From NCBI GenBank assembly GCA_964646855.1, contig CAZYHQ010000003.1, positions 1 to 53,975 of the forward strand: DNA of 53,975 nt. The letters run 5' to 3'. Shown piece by piece: positions 32,661 through 40,763 of this stretch. The translations under genes and the position numbers were made by a program. The first letter of the stretch is position 1. Every line of letters starts with the position of its first letter. The notes beneath the pieces are model-generated. The model was not told where the DNA came from, did not search any database, and saw nothing but the letters and a program-made list of their open reading frames with translations. This DNA is from an uncultured archaeon (GTDB taxonomy: Archaea > Aenigmatarchaeota > Aenigmatarchaeia > CG10238-14 > SCSR01).

Positions 32661-33458
32661 ATGGATCTTCAAGAATTAATTTCAAGAGGCCGTTTTTTAT
32701 TTTCTGGAGCTAACGAAAGATTGGATGTTTTCAGATTGGTAAATGGGCGACGAAGTGCAAAAGACATTGCAAAGGAGACCAAAAGAAATTTAAACAGTAT
32801 ACTCAATGACCTCAAAAAAATTTCACGTAAGGAACTTATAATTCCAAAAAAGGACAAAGACAGTAAAATTATTAAAAAGCACGGATCGATCGTATACGAA
32901 AAACACCCATTAGCTCAAGACATACCACTTTCATATTTTCAAGATACGGTAAAAGGTCAAAAGAAGATATCAGTGGATGGGCCTCGACACAAGAAAAACA
33001 GAAACAGTCTGTACTCGCCATTAAACTTCCCTACAGAAAATGAAATACTGGATATCGCAAGAGAAGGTGAAAACCAACTTTATGAATTCAAAAGAGCTGG
33101 TGCTGAACCAAAAGATATCACGAAAGAAGCTGCTGCATTTTCAGTGACAAAAAAAGGTGGATTGATATTTTATGGAATAGAAGATGATGGTAAAATTACA
33201 GGCACAGACCTCAGTCGACAGCAACTCGATCAGAGAATTAACAATTCAATAAAAAGTTCCATGGATCCGATAATTATTGTAGATATCAAATCAACTAAAG
33301 TCACTGGAACTGAGGTTATTCTCGTACGTGTACCACCTTGGAATAGAAAAGATGTGTATCAGTATCAGGGTAGAACATATATTCGAATGGGACAAAACTC
33401 GCTCCCAGCAAATTCGAGTATAGTCAAAAAATTACATAGAGGCGAATATGTTACATAA
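32661..33458 (+). CDS. wHTH + AlbA_2 (Schlafen-type putative DNA-binding) domain protein
   Basis: 265-aa ORF. N-terminal HTH-like region. The C-terminal segment REGENQLYEFKRAG...KKGGLIFYGIEDDGKITG...VILVRVPP...YIRMGQNS matches the AlbA_2 pattern (E..EFK...GG.i.iGv.D.G.i.G). Confidence 0.6.
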   Translation: MDLQELISRGRFLFSGANERLDVFRLVNGRRSAKDIAKETKRNLNSILNDLKKISRKELIIPKKDKDSKIIKKHGSIVYEKHPLAQDIPLSYFQDTVKGQKKISVDGPRHKKNRNSLYSPLNFPTENEILDIAREGENQLYEFKRAGAEPKDITKEAAAFSVTKKGGLIFYGIEDDGKITGTDLSRQQLDQRINNSIKSSMDPIIIVDIKSTKVTGTEVILVRVPPWNRKDVYQYQGRTYIRMGQNSLPANSSIVKKLHRGEYVT

Positions 33459-33606
33459 ATTACCTTTTCATTAAAGGAAAACCTTACGTCCAAACTGTAA
33501 AACCATATCTTAAATTCTCTATTAATACATGACAGAGAGAACAAATGATCCCCATGCTTGACGAGAGACTTTTAGGAAAAAGAAAACTATTGATTTATAG
33601 AAGAAA

Positions 33607-33762
33607 TTATCTATAGAGCTCAGACTCTTCTTCTCGAACTTTTTTCGGTGTTCTGGAGACAAAATAAAGAAGCGATTCTGTTTTCACTCTTTCCAATGGA
33701 GTTTCTGGGTAATATTTTCCTAATTGTTTTTTTAAATCTGCTAAGTTTATTTTTGATGCCAT
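33607..33762 (-). CDS. Possible 51-aa protein downstream of 33769..34161
   Basis: Manual translation gives MASKINLADLKKQLGKYYPETPLERVKTESLLYFVSRTPKKVREEESELYR. It begins 6 nt after the upstream stop. Weak. Confidence 0.3.
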   Translation of the reverse strand: MASKINLADLKKQLGKYYPETPLERVKTESLLYFVSRTPKKVREEESELYR

Positions 33763-33768
33763 ACATTT

Positions 33769-34161
33769 TCACTTCTTTTCAATCTTTAATAACTTTTCGA
33801 AGTTTAGTGTTGATCGTAGCTTCTCGAAATCAATCCTGTAGTAAACAGAAGGGTGCCAGGAATACTCGTATTTGCCAAGGTATGCGAATGCTTTTGACAA
33901 AACCGGTCCAACCTCTCTTTTAGTTAATCCGTCTTTCTCAAAAGAATCAAGAGCATGGTAAATTTCATCTTCACTATACCTATGAAATTCAGTTTCAAAA
34001 AGTGTTTTATAAAAAAATTCTCTGATCGCCAGAGCTGGGATAATGGGTTTACGGCCTGTTTCTTTCAGTAATTCTTGCGGTAAATTCTCCTCCAATTTTC
34101 CCAAAGATTGTAGCAACAATTCTCTGAGGATGTTTTGCTGTTTCTGCGACATAAATTTCAC
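33769..34161 (-). CDS. Hypothetical protein
   Basis: 130-aa ORF with no recognised motif. Shares a 28-bp upstream box with the GNAT gene. Confidence 0.5.
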   Translation of the reverse strand: MKFMSQKQQNILRELLLQSLGKLEENLPQELLKETGRKPIIPALAIREFFYKTLFETEFHRYSEDEIYHALDSFEKDGLTKREVGPVLSKAFAYLGKYEYSWHPSVYYRIDFEKLRSTLNFEKLLKIEKK

Positions 34162-34237
34162 TTATTTTTAACCTTTAAATTCTTTAAGCAAAGTATATTC
34201 TACAAAACATATTTCCGTGTGGCTAATCAGACAGGCA

Positions 34238-34624
34238 TCATTTTAGCGTTTTGACCATTATGTCTTCTTCAAGCGAAAAATCATATCCTCTTCTTGTGTA
34301 AAATTCAATCACGTCAAACACTTTGTTAGCCTCTAAAGAGACACAATATGAATCTTTTTCTTTAGCAATCTTTTCCATCCTCTCGAGTAAGGCGCCACCT
34401 ATCCCCCTTTTCCTATGATCTGGATGCACCAACAATTCTACCAAGTAAGCGCCAGTTCCATAAAAATGAATATATTCCCCAGTCCCGAAAATTATCATGC
34501 CGACCGTTTTATCATTGTATTTTGCACGAATTTTAAATAAGTTTTTTTCAGTTTCTTCAGTCTCGAATGTTAAGTTGGTTGTAGAATTAGGAGTAATTTG
34601 GGTTTCTTGCACAACAGCAGTCAT
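34238..34624 (-). CDS. GNAT family N-acetyltransferase
   Basis: 128-aa ORF with acetyl-CoA binding motif VHPDHRKRGIGGALLERMEKIAKE. Confidence 0.85.
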   Translation of the reverse strand: MTAVVQETQITPNSTTNLTFETEETEKNLFKIRAKYNDKTVGMIIFGTGEYIHFYGTGAYLVELLVHPDHRKRGIGGALLERMEKIAKEKDSYCVSLEANKVFDVIEFYTRRGYDFSLEEDIMVKTLK

Positions 34625-34703
34625 AGTTTCAAATTAATTTCTATGTTTAAATTAAAGTGAATTAAATTATATACTACAAAATATATTTCCGTGTGAATTG
34701 TTC

Positions 34704-34811
34704 CTAGTAAACCGGTTTTAAGTAAAGGAAGTAAACTGCTGCATACACAATTATTGCTATGAGTATGTACCAGATCAGATATTTCTTCCAATCTTTTTTG
34801 TATTTTGCCAT
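34704..34811 (-). CDS. Possible 35-aa single-TM peptide
   Basis: Manual translation gives MAKYKKDWKKYLIWYILIAIIVYAAVYFLYLKPVY. Short, so weak. Confidence 0.25.
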   Translation of the reverse strand: MAKYKKDWKKYLIWYILIAIIVYAAVYFLYLKPVY

Positions 34812-34960
34812 AATTTTAATTGTTTTTAGGTAATAAAAAGTAAAAAAATGCAAAAACACAGCTATTATATTCTTAAGAATATACTAAAAATTAATCAGAT
34901 TTATTTAAAACTATATATTTTATCACATATTTAACAATACATTTTGTATAAAATATATTT

Positions 34961-35234
34961 AAGTGAGTATTCGTGAGTCTTGAGACGAATTTTAAAGATC
35001 TTTATAGGCGGTTTGAATAGTGAGTTATATGTCGGCAGCTGGCCCTGGTTAATTATAGCCGTGACAGACTTTAAGGTGGATATATCAGGACTCTTGTTGG
35101 GGAGTGAGAGTTCGTAGGAAAACGAAGAGGATTCTTAGGTATCTGCGTGGCCATAGAAACGTAGGAAATTTCATAATTATTCGTTGATAGGTAAGAGTGA
35201 GAGTTAGTCGTCGAGATGGTCTAGTGAGAGCAAG
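34961..35234. repeat. Cluster of AGTGAG-core repeats (5-6 copies) plus a CGTAGGAAA pair in non-coding DNA
   Basis: Read directly. AGTGAGTAT (34962), CGTGAGTCT (34972), AGTGAGTTA (35019), AGTGAGAGTTCGTAGG (35103), AGTGAGAGTTAGTCG (35196), AGTGAGAGCAAG (35223). CGTAGGAAA occurs at about 35113 and about 35160. Confidence 0.75.
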
Positions 35235-35275
35235 AAGCTATAAATAGTTGTGAAACTAAGTAAAAGTAGATACTT

Positions 35276-35905
35276 ATGGGCGTTTTGGATAAACTGCGCC
35301 AAATATTCAAGCGATCTGCATCGATGCGCAGCGATGCAACAGCGATGCAAAGCGATGCAGCATCGATGGAAATACCTAGTTCTGAAGCATCCCCTATTTC
35401 CATTGAAAAGGATTCTCTACAGTTGGGAATTGCCGCTGGTTTTACTGGCCGTTCTTTAAGAAATATCGAGGATTCGTTGACAAGGATAGAATCCCAAATG
35501 GTTACGAAAGATTGGGCGACCTTGAACCTTAAAGCGGATCTCGAAAACATTCAGAATTCACTTGATTCTATACTATCTTCAGCTTCTGGGTTGCCGGAAA
35601 CTGTTAGACGCGGTATTGTTTCTGAGGTAGACCGAATTAGGACCACCCTTCAACCAACCTCACGCATGCTTGATATCATTTCTATTGCGCGCGAGGTAAA
35701 AGAAATATCTTACGAAGACCTGGCTAAGCGTCTTGGAATAGAAATTTCCAGTCTAAGAGGCCTGCTTTCTATGATGGGTAGAAGGATTTCTGCGATTGAA
35801 AGGTTTGAACGAGGAAACAAGGGTTGGATAAAATACAAAGAACCGATTACAGCGATGCAAAGCGATGCAAATCGCGAGCAAACTCTCGATGAATCACAAA
35901 AATAA
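35276..35905 (+). CDS. Hypothetical protein with C-terminal winged-helix-like domain; carries in-frame AGCGATGCA DNA repeats
   Basis: 209-aa ORF. C-terminal LDIISIAREVKEISYEDLAKRLGIEISSLRGLLSMMGRR looks HTH-like. The peptide TAMQSDA is encoded twice by an identical 21-mer. Confidence 0.55.
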   Translation: MGVLDKLRQIFKRSASMRSDATAMQSDAASMEIPSSEASPISIEKDSLQLGIAAGFTGRSLRNIEDSLTRIESQMVTKDWATLNLKADLENIQNSLDSILSSASGLPETVRRGIVSEVDRIRTTLQPTSRMLDIISIAREVKEISYEDLAKRLGIEISSLRGLLSMMGRRISAIERFERGNKGWIKYKEPITAMQSDANREQTLDESQK

Positions 35906-35913
35906 GAGCAAAT

Positions 35914-36138
35914 TTGCTAAGTATACTTACATACAAAGAAAGAAAAGGAGGAAAGAGGACTCAATACTTAGTGGTGCCATCGAGCATTGCACAAAGGACA
36001 GAAATGGACTCTTTCGTTTATTCCAGCCTTAATGAAATTATGGCATTTTCTGCAAGGAACGTTAACCTTGCCAATGTACAGACTAAACTTACCCAACATA
36101 TCACCGAGAATAATTACTATGAACTTTGGAACATATAA
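35914..36138 (+). CDS. Possible small protein (TTG start), uncertain
   Basis: 74-aa ORF from the track. Non-ATG start and no motif beyond a weak AbrB-like YLVVPSSIAQ. Confidence 0.25.
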   Translation: MLSILTYKERKGGKRTQYLVVPSSIAQRTEMDSFVYSSLNEIMAFSARNVNLANVQTKLTQHITENNYYELWNI

Positions 36139-36175
36139 AGGTTATGGCTAAAACTTTGCTTGTCCTTTAAAATTT

Positions 36176-36439
36176 TTACTTCTCCAACCTCTCCTTCATG
36201 CTCAGGAACCTTGCAACTTTGTCTATGTCGACCCCTGCTTTTAGCCTGACCATCTTCACTTGGAAAGGCTCCATCGACTGGGTGTCCACAAACATGCTCA
36301 GATGACCTTCGACAAGCCTTGCCACGGTTTTGTGGTGCAGCTTCGTGCGCCTGGAGATTTCCCTGTACCATATCCAGTTCCCGGCCTGAGCAATGCACCT
36401 TACTATTGTGAAAATGTTCCGTATCGTGTCTTTCCTCAT
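36176..36439 (-). CDS. Hypothetical small protein, winged-helix-like
   Basis: 87-aa ORF (WYREISRRTKLHHKTVARLVEGHL). GGAG SD and a TATA-like box upstream. Preferred over overlapping ORFs 36117..36398 and 36260..36490. Confidence 0.5.
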   Translation of the reverse strand: MRKDTIRNIFTIVRCIAQAGNWIWYREISRRTKLHHKTVARLVEGHLSMFVDTQSMEPFQVKMVRLKAGVDIDKVARFLSMKERLEK

Positions 36440-36463
36440 GTAATTTATTGCTCCTTCAGCTAT

Positions 36464-36513
36464 AAAAATGCGCCGGGTGTGTATAATTGATTTTTGATGT
36501 TCGGCGCATTTTT
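36464..36513. promoter_or_regulatory. 12-bp inverted repeat AAAAATGCGCCG / CGGCGCATTTTT with 26-nt spacer
   Basis: Read directly. Lies between the trmB-like gene stop and the start of 36176..36439. The left arm overlaps the TTTTTATA box of the latter on the minus strand. Confidence 0.6.
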
Positions 36514-36588
36514 TGAAAAAGCAAAACTAAGCGTTTTGTAACCGAGAAACCCGCATTTTACTCTTTTCAAAACGCATGGAAATTTAAC

Positions 36589-37404
36589 TCACACATTTGC
36601 AACCTTGAAATCGACTTTCCTGAAGTCGACAGGATGGGACTTCTCCCACAGGCTTTTCATGTAACTGTCCATCACCTTTGTCAGCGACGCGTCCTGCGAC
36701 CAGATCGAGTCGAACCTGAACTGCTCCTTCTTGTGCGGATCCTGATCCAGCCTCATCAGAACTTCCCTGCCGTCTGAAATCACAATCCTTGGATGGAGCC
36801 TTGTTTCAAACTGCCTCAGCTCTATGCCAATGCTTTGGTAGTACTTTGCCTTCATGTAGTTTTCCTCGCTCAGTTTCTCCATTCCGATTACCCTTATTTT
36901 TACTCCCCTGCGCACGCACCTTTTCGCTGCTTCTGCAAGCCTTGCCGAGCGGGAATAGTCGCGTGTCACTGCATAGACATACTTCGTGCTCCTTTCCATC
37001 AGCTCTGTAACCCTGTCGAAAAATTCAATCCATTCCTTTCCTTTCGATGTCCACACTCCGCTTACGACTTCGTTTGAAGTGCTGCTCTTGAACAGGTCGC
37101 CGACTTCTTTTGCCCTTTGTTTCAGGGACGAAAGCTCTTTCTCTTTTGTCTCGAACATTGTCTTCAAAAAAACGTTCGGCGAGACCGCCTTGTATTCCTT
37201 CGGCCTGCCGGAGAAAATTTCTATGACTTCCTTGTCCACCAGCGAGTTCAGCACGTCGTAAATTTTTGACTGCGGGATGCCGGACTCGACGCTTACCGAT
37301 CCGGCTCGAGCAGGACCCATGGAAACCAGCGCAAGGTAGACTCTGGCCTCGTACTCTCCCAGCCCGAAATTTTTCATCAGCTGTACTAACTCCGCCTTTT
37401 CCAT
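36589..37404 (-). CDS. TrmB-family transcriptional regulator
   Basis: 271-aa ORF. N-terminal LGEYEARVYLALVSMGPARAGSVSVESGIPQSKIYDVLNSLVDKEVIE is the TrmB wHTH. The C-terminal domain has TrmB_C-like length. Confidence 0.8.
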   Translation of the reverse strand: MEKAELVQLMKNFGLGEYEARVYLALVSMGPARAGSVSVESGIPQSKIYDVLNSLVDKEVIEIFSGRPKEYKAVSPNVFLKTMFETKEKELSSLKQRAKEVGDLFKSSTSNEVVSGVWTSKGKEWIEFFDRVTELMERSTKYVYAVTRDYSRSARLAEAAKRCVRRGVKIRVIGMEKLSEENYMKAKYYQSIGIELRQFETRLHPRIVISDGREVLMRLDQDPHKKEQFRFDSIWSQDASLTKVMDSYMKSLWEKSHPVDFRKVDFKVANV

Positions 37405-37442
37405 AAACTTAAATTAATTTCCGGTTGCTTATTTAGTTAACT

Positions 37443-37502
37443 TACCACTGCGGGTGGTGGTAAACTGGCTTTACCACACATTGCTGGCAGGTGTGAATTC
37501 AC
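37443..37502. promoter_or_regulatory. Palindromic site TACCAC-N8-GTGGTA (site C) plus extra TACCAC half-site and GTGAATTCAC palindrome
   Basis: Read directly. TACCAC TGCGGGTG GTGGTA at 37443-37462, TACCAC at 37472-37477, GTGAATTCAC at 37493-37502. Lies in the divergent intergenic region between the trmB-like gene and 37563..37871. Confidence 0.65.
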
Positions 37503-37562
37503 CAGCACACAACCGTCAATGTCTGTTCAACAGACAAAAAGAATTTAAATATTGAAAAGGAG

Positions 37563-37871
37563 TTGAAAAGCATGAGTAAATGGCAAACATCAACAGGCGT
37601 TGCAGAATTGATTAAGTCGTATATTATTGAAGCTCGAAAAGATCGTGTTGAACCAACCGATATAGCAAATTTTGATTATCTCAGACGGGAAGTTGAAAAT
37701 ATTTTCCCTCCTTACGCACCTCAGCATAGGATTATAGTCGAGATGAAAGACGGGAGAAGGTTAGAAAACGGCCCGTCTGTTGCCAACTCTTTATTTACTT
37801 ACGCCACAATTGTCAACGAGCCTAAAGGAATTAAAAGTGTGACCGTGGATTTAGTTAGTGTCACGATGTAA
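37563..37871 (+). CDS. Hypothetical protein
   Basis: 102-aa ORF. The start may be the ATG at 37572 (MSKWQ...). No motif recognised. Confidence 0.45.
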   Translation: MKSMSKWQTSTGVAELIKSYIIEARKDRVEPTDIANFDYLRREVENIFPPYAPQHRIIVEMKDGRRLENGPSVANSLFTYATIVNEPKGIKSVTVDLVSVTM

Positions 37872-37900
37872 ATCAAAGTTTTTGTTTTTCTAAAAATTTT

Positions 37901-40093
37901 TCAAACTTCCGGTTTAGGAATTTCCTCTGGCAGACCTTTTCTCTTTCTAACTCCCTTTACAACAGACTCAAACAAATCGTTTGGCAATTTCTCGAAAACA
38001 ATTTCAATCAAATTGTAAAATCCTCTGCCGCTTGTTGCGGATTTGAGTGTCGCGTCAAAACCGAACATCTCTGCCACTGGTAGTTTTGCAGTGATTATAG
38101 TTGCGCCTCTTTCTTCCTTCATGTCCAGAATCTGCCCACGCCTGTTCTCCACTTCGCGGATGACGTTTCCCATCAAGTCAGTGGGCACGTCAATCCTGAT
38201 GACCTGTTTCGGTTCGAGCATCGTTGCATTCGCTCTCAGCATCGCCTGGCGGATAGCATAACGGATTGCAGGCATGACTTGCCCGGGCCCCCTGTGCACA
38301 GGATCTTCGTGCAGGTCAGCATCAACCAGTTTCACTTTTATTTTCGTGCACAGCTCTCTGGCTATGGGCCCGTCATCGCAAACTTCTTTGAACGAGTCCC
38401 TCACCATTTCAATAATTTCGTTCATGAACTGTATACCTTTTGTCAGGTCAAAAAAGACATTTTTGTTGTAGATGACTGCAATATTCTTTGCCTCGTCGTA
38501 ATCCATGCCAGCCTCGGCAATCTTTTTGAAGAGCTCGATTTTTTTCGCCTTGATGTCCATGGTCGACGGGATGTTGCCCTCGATCATTTCCTTGTACACG
38601 CCGTCCTCCAGCGGCTCGACCTGTATGAAAAATCTGTTGTGCTTGTTCGGCGAGCGCCCCTCGACTTCCGGGGATTTTTCAAAAATCGTTTCTCTGTAAA
38701 CAACAATAGGTTTGCTCATCTCCACATCGATACCAAGTTCTTTCAATTTGTTTTCGACTTTTGCTTCTAAATGAAGTTCTCCCAAACCAGAAACCAAGTA
38801 TTCTCCAGTCTCTTGATTTATTTTTACTTGCAATGTTGTGTCTTCTCTGCCCAGTCTTTTTAATGCATCAACCAACTTTGGCAGCTCCATAGCATTCTTC
38901 GGCTCGATGGATTTTGTGACAACCGGCTCGAACAGGTGTTTGATTTCCTCGAAAGGTTCTATGACCGCGCCCGCATCTGTGACTGTCTCGCCGGTGAACG
39001 CGTCGGGAGTGCCGACTATCGCTGCGATATTCCCTGCATAAACCTCGTCGACCGGAATCCTCTGTATCCCTTTGTAAACCGCCACCTGCTGCAGCTTTTC
39101 TTGCTTGTGCTGACCGATCAAATAAACATCCTTGCCCTTGGAAATTTTTCCTGAGAAAAGCCTGCCTGTTGCGACGAAACCGACGTGCGGGTCAGGAACC
39201 ATCTTTGTGATTATCATTGCCAGCCTTCCGTTTGCATTGCAGCTCATCATGTCCTTTCCAACGTCGCTGTCCAGATCACCCTTCCAGACTTTATCCAGCC
39301 TGTACTTTTGCGCGTCCGCAGGATTCGGCAGGTGCTTTATTATCATGTCCAAAATTACTTGATGCAGCGGGGCTTTTTTTGCGAGCTCGTCCTCGTTTCC
39401 GGCATTGGTCAAGTCAATGATGTCCTTGAAAGTTATCCCGGTTTTTTTCATGTACGGTATCGAGATCGCCCACTTCCTGAACGCCGAGCCTATTGCGACA
39501 GTTCCCTCGTTTACGTTCACCAGCCACTTTTCCTTGTACGCATCTTCCGCATATTTTTGTATCAGTATGTTCACGTCGCGAATCACTTCCTCGAATCTTT
39601 GCATCATCATTTCCGGCGTCATTTTCAACTCGCGGATGAGTCTGTCGGTTTTATTGATGAACAGAACAGGTTTTACCCTTTCACGCAACGCCTGACGAAA
39701 AACAGTTTCAGTCTGCGGCATTATCCCCTCGACAGGATCGACAAGCACGATTGTTCCGTCGACGGCGCGCATCGCCCGGGTGACATCGCCGCCAAAATCA
39801 ACGTGCCCGGGAGTGTCGACAAGATTTATCAGATAATCTTCTCCTTCGTATTCGTGGGCCATTGAAACGTTTGCCCCGTAGATTGTCAGCTGCCTTTTTC
39901 TTTCCTGATCGTCGAACCAGGTCAGCATGGTCTTGCCCACGGTCTCCTCGGAAATCATTCCTGCCAACGCAGCAAGGTTGTCGGTCAGAGTCGTCTTGCC
40001 GTGATGCACATGGCTGCTCGTTGCAATGTTTCTTATTCTTGTAGGATGCTTCATCGCTTCAACGATTCTTTCGGTCAGGTCCTTTTTCGCCAT
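37901..40093 (-). CDS. fusA: Translation elongation factor aEF-2
   Basis: 730-aa ORF. GTPase G1 ([11 protein letters not shown]), [13 protein letters not shown], and the diphthamide-loop region [15 protein letters not shown]. Confidence 0.97.
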   Translation of the reverse strand: MAKKDLTERIVEAMKHPTRIRNIATSSHVHHGKTTLTDNLAALAGMISEETVGKTMLTWFDDQERKRQLTIYGANVSMAHEYEGEDYLINLVDTPGHVDFGGDVTRAMRAVDGTIVLVDPVEGIMPQTETVFRQALRERVKPVLFINKTDRLIRELKMTPEMMMQRFEEVIRDVNILIQKYAEDAYKEKWLVNVNEGTVAIGSAFRKWAISIPYMKKTGITFKDIIDLTNAGNEDELAKKAPLHQVILDMIIKHLPNPADAQKYRLDKVWKGDLDSDVGKDMMSCNANGRLAMIITKMVPDPHVGFVATGRLFSGKISKGKDVYLIGQHKQEKLQQVAVYKGIQRIPVDEVYAGNIAAIVGTPDAFTGETVTDAGAVIEPFEEIKHLFEPVVTKSIEPKNAMELPKLVDALKRLGREDTTLQVKINQETGEYLVSGLGELHLEAKVENKLKELGIDVEMSKPIVVYRETIFEKSPEVEGRSPNKHNRFFIQVEPLEDGVYKEMIEGNIPSTMDIKAKKIELFKKIAEAGMDYDEAKNIAVIYNKNVFFDLTKGIQFMNEIIEMVRDSFKEVCDDGPIARELCTKIKVKLVDADLHEDPVHRGPGQVMPAIRYAIRQAMLRANATMLEPKQVIRIDVPTDLMGNVIREVENRRGQILDMKEERGATIITAKLPVAEMFGFDATLKSATSGRGFYNLIEIVFEKLPNDLFESVVKGVRKRKGLPEEIPKPEV

Positions 40094-40125
40094 AAAAATC
40101 TACATGCAGAAAATTTGAAATAATT

Positions 40126-40719
40126 TTATCGCGCTCCCTCTGACTCCCTTTCGATTCTTTCTCTCTCTTTTATCGATTCGCTCTTGCTCGCATCGTTGTT
40201 GTACGCCGCGGTGATCTCGTTGGCCAGCGCGTCCGCCATACTCTCCTTCTTCCCGAAACTTTTTCTGTAGGAGGCCTGCACAATGTTCTTCAGCGCAAGA
40301 TCGACTCTTCTCTGCGGCGAAGTTATTACAGCACGTCGCACAATTATCCCTCCGACCTGGTATGCGGCAATCTCCTCGCGCAGCGCGGAATTTTCTATCG
40401 CTCTGACAAAAACCTCCAGAGGGTTTTTCTTCGTGATCTGTTCTAATTTTTCAAAAACGTTTTTCACGATTCTGTATTCCGTGAAATATTTCCCGCCCGC
40501 CCTGCCGGAGGTGAACACATGCTTCTTTCCCCTGTGCCCCGGGACCATCATCTTGTTCATGAGCCTTTCAACTATCGAAACTTTGGATTTGTAAAATTGC
40601 TTTTTTGCATTCCTGCCGCCGGATTTCGGCGTCAGCTTCGGCTGCAGGTTTATGTAATTTCTCAGCCCCGGGTCGCCAACCTCGACTCCCGACACGCTCC
40701 AGCGGTCGAAAAACTTCAT
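40126..40719 (-). CDS. rps7: 30S ribosomal protein uS7
   Basis: The track ORF extends to a GTG at 40767. The ATG at 40719 gives MKFFDRWSVSGVEVGDPGLRNYINL, the typical archaeal S7 N-terminus. Confidence 0.92.
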   Translation of the reverse strand: MKFFDRWSVSGVEVGDPGLRNYINLQPKLTPKSGGRNAKKQFYKSKVSIVERLMNKMMVPGHRGKKHVFTSGRAGGKYFTEYRIVKNVFEKLEQITKKNPLEVFVRAIENSALREEIAAYQVGGIIVRRAVITSPQRRVDLALKNIVQASYRKSFGKKESMADALANEITAAYNNDASKSESIKERERIERESEGAR

Positions 40720-40763
40720 CTCTGTTTTTTCTTTTTCTTGGATAATTTTTTCTTGCACAAAAA

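Noticed and set aside
33648-33923. 91-aa plus-strand ORF
   Set aside because: It is antisense to the 33769..34161 gene and the 33607..33762 ORF. Its Phe/Leu-rich translation is typical of AT-rich shadow frames.
35301-35370. Short tandem GCGATGCA-type repeats considered as a possible CRISPR or mini-array
   Set aside because: The units are only 9-10 bp, contiguous without spacers, and lie in frame within an ORF. No CRISPR-like repeat-spacer periodicity occurs anywhere in the window, and no cas genes are seen.
24400-37560. Calling the accessory region an integrated mobile element or provirus
   Set aside because: I found no integrase, transposase, capsid/terminase or Rep/Orc gene. There is no tRNA at either border and no long terminal direct or inverted repeats. 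Only the compositional shift and short internal repeats are seen. It is therefore described as an island, not annotated as a mobile_element.
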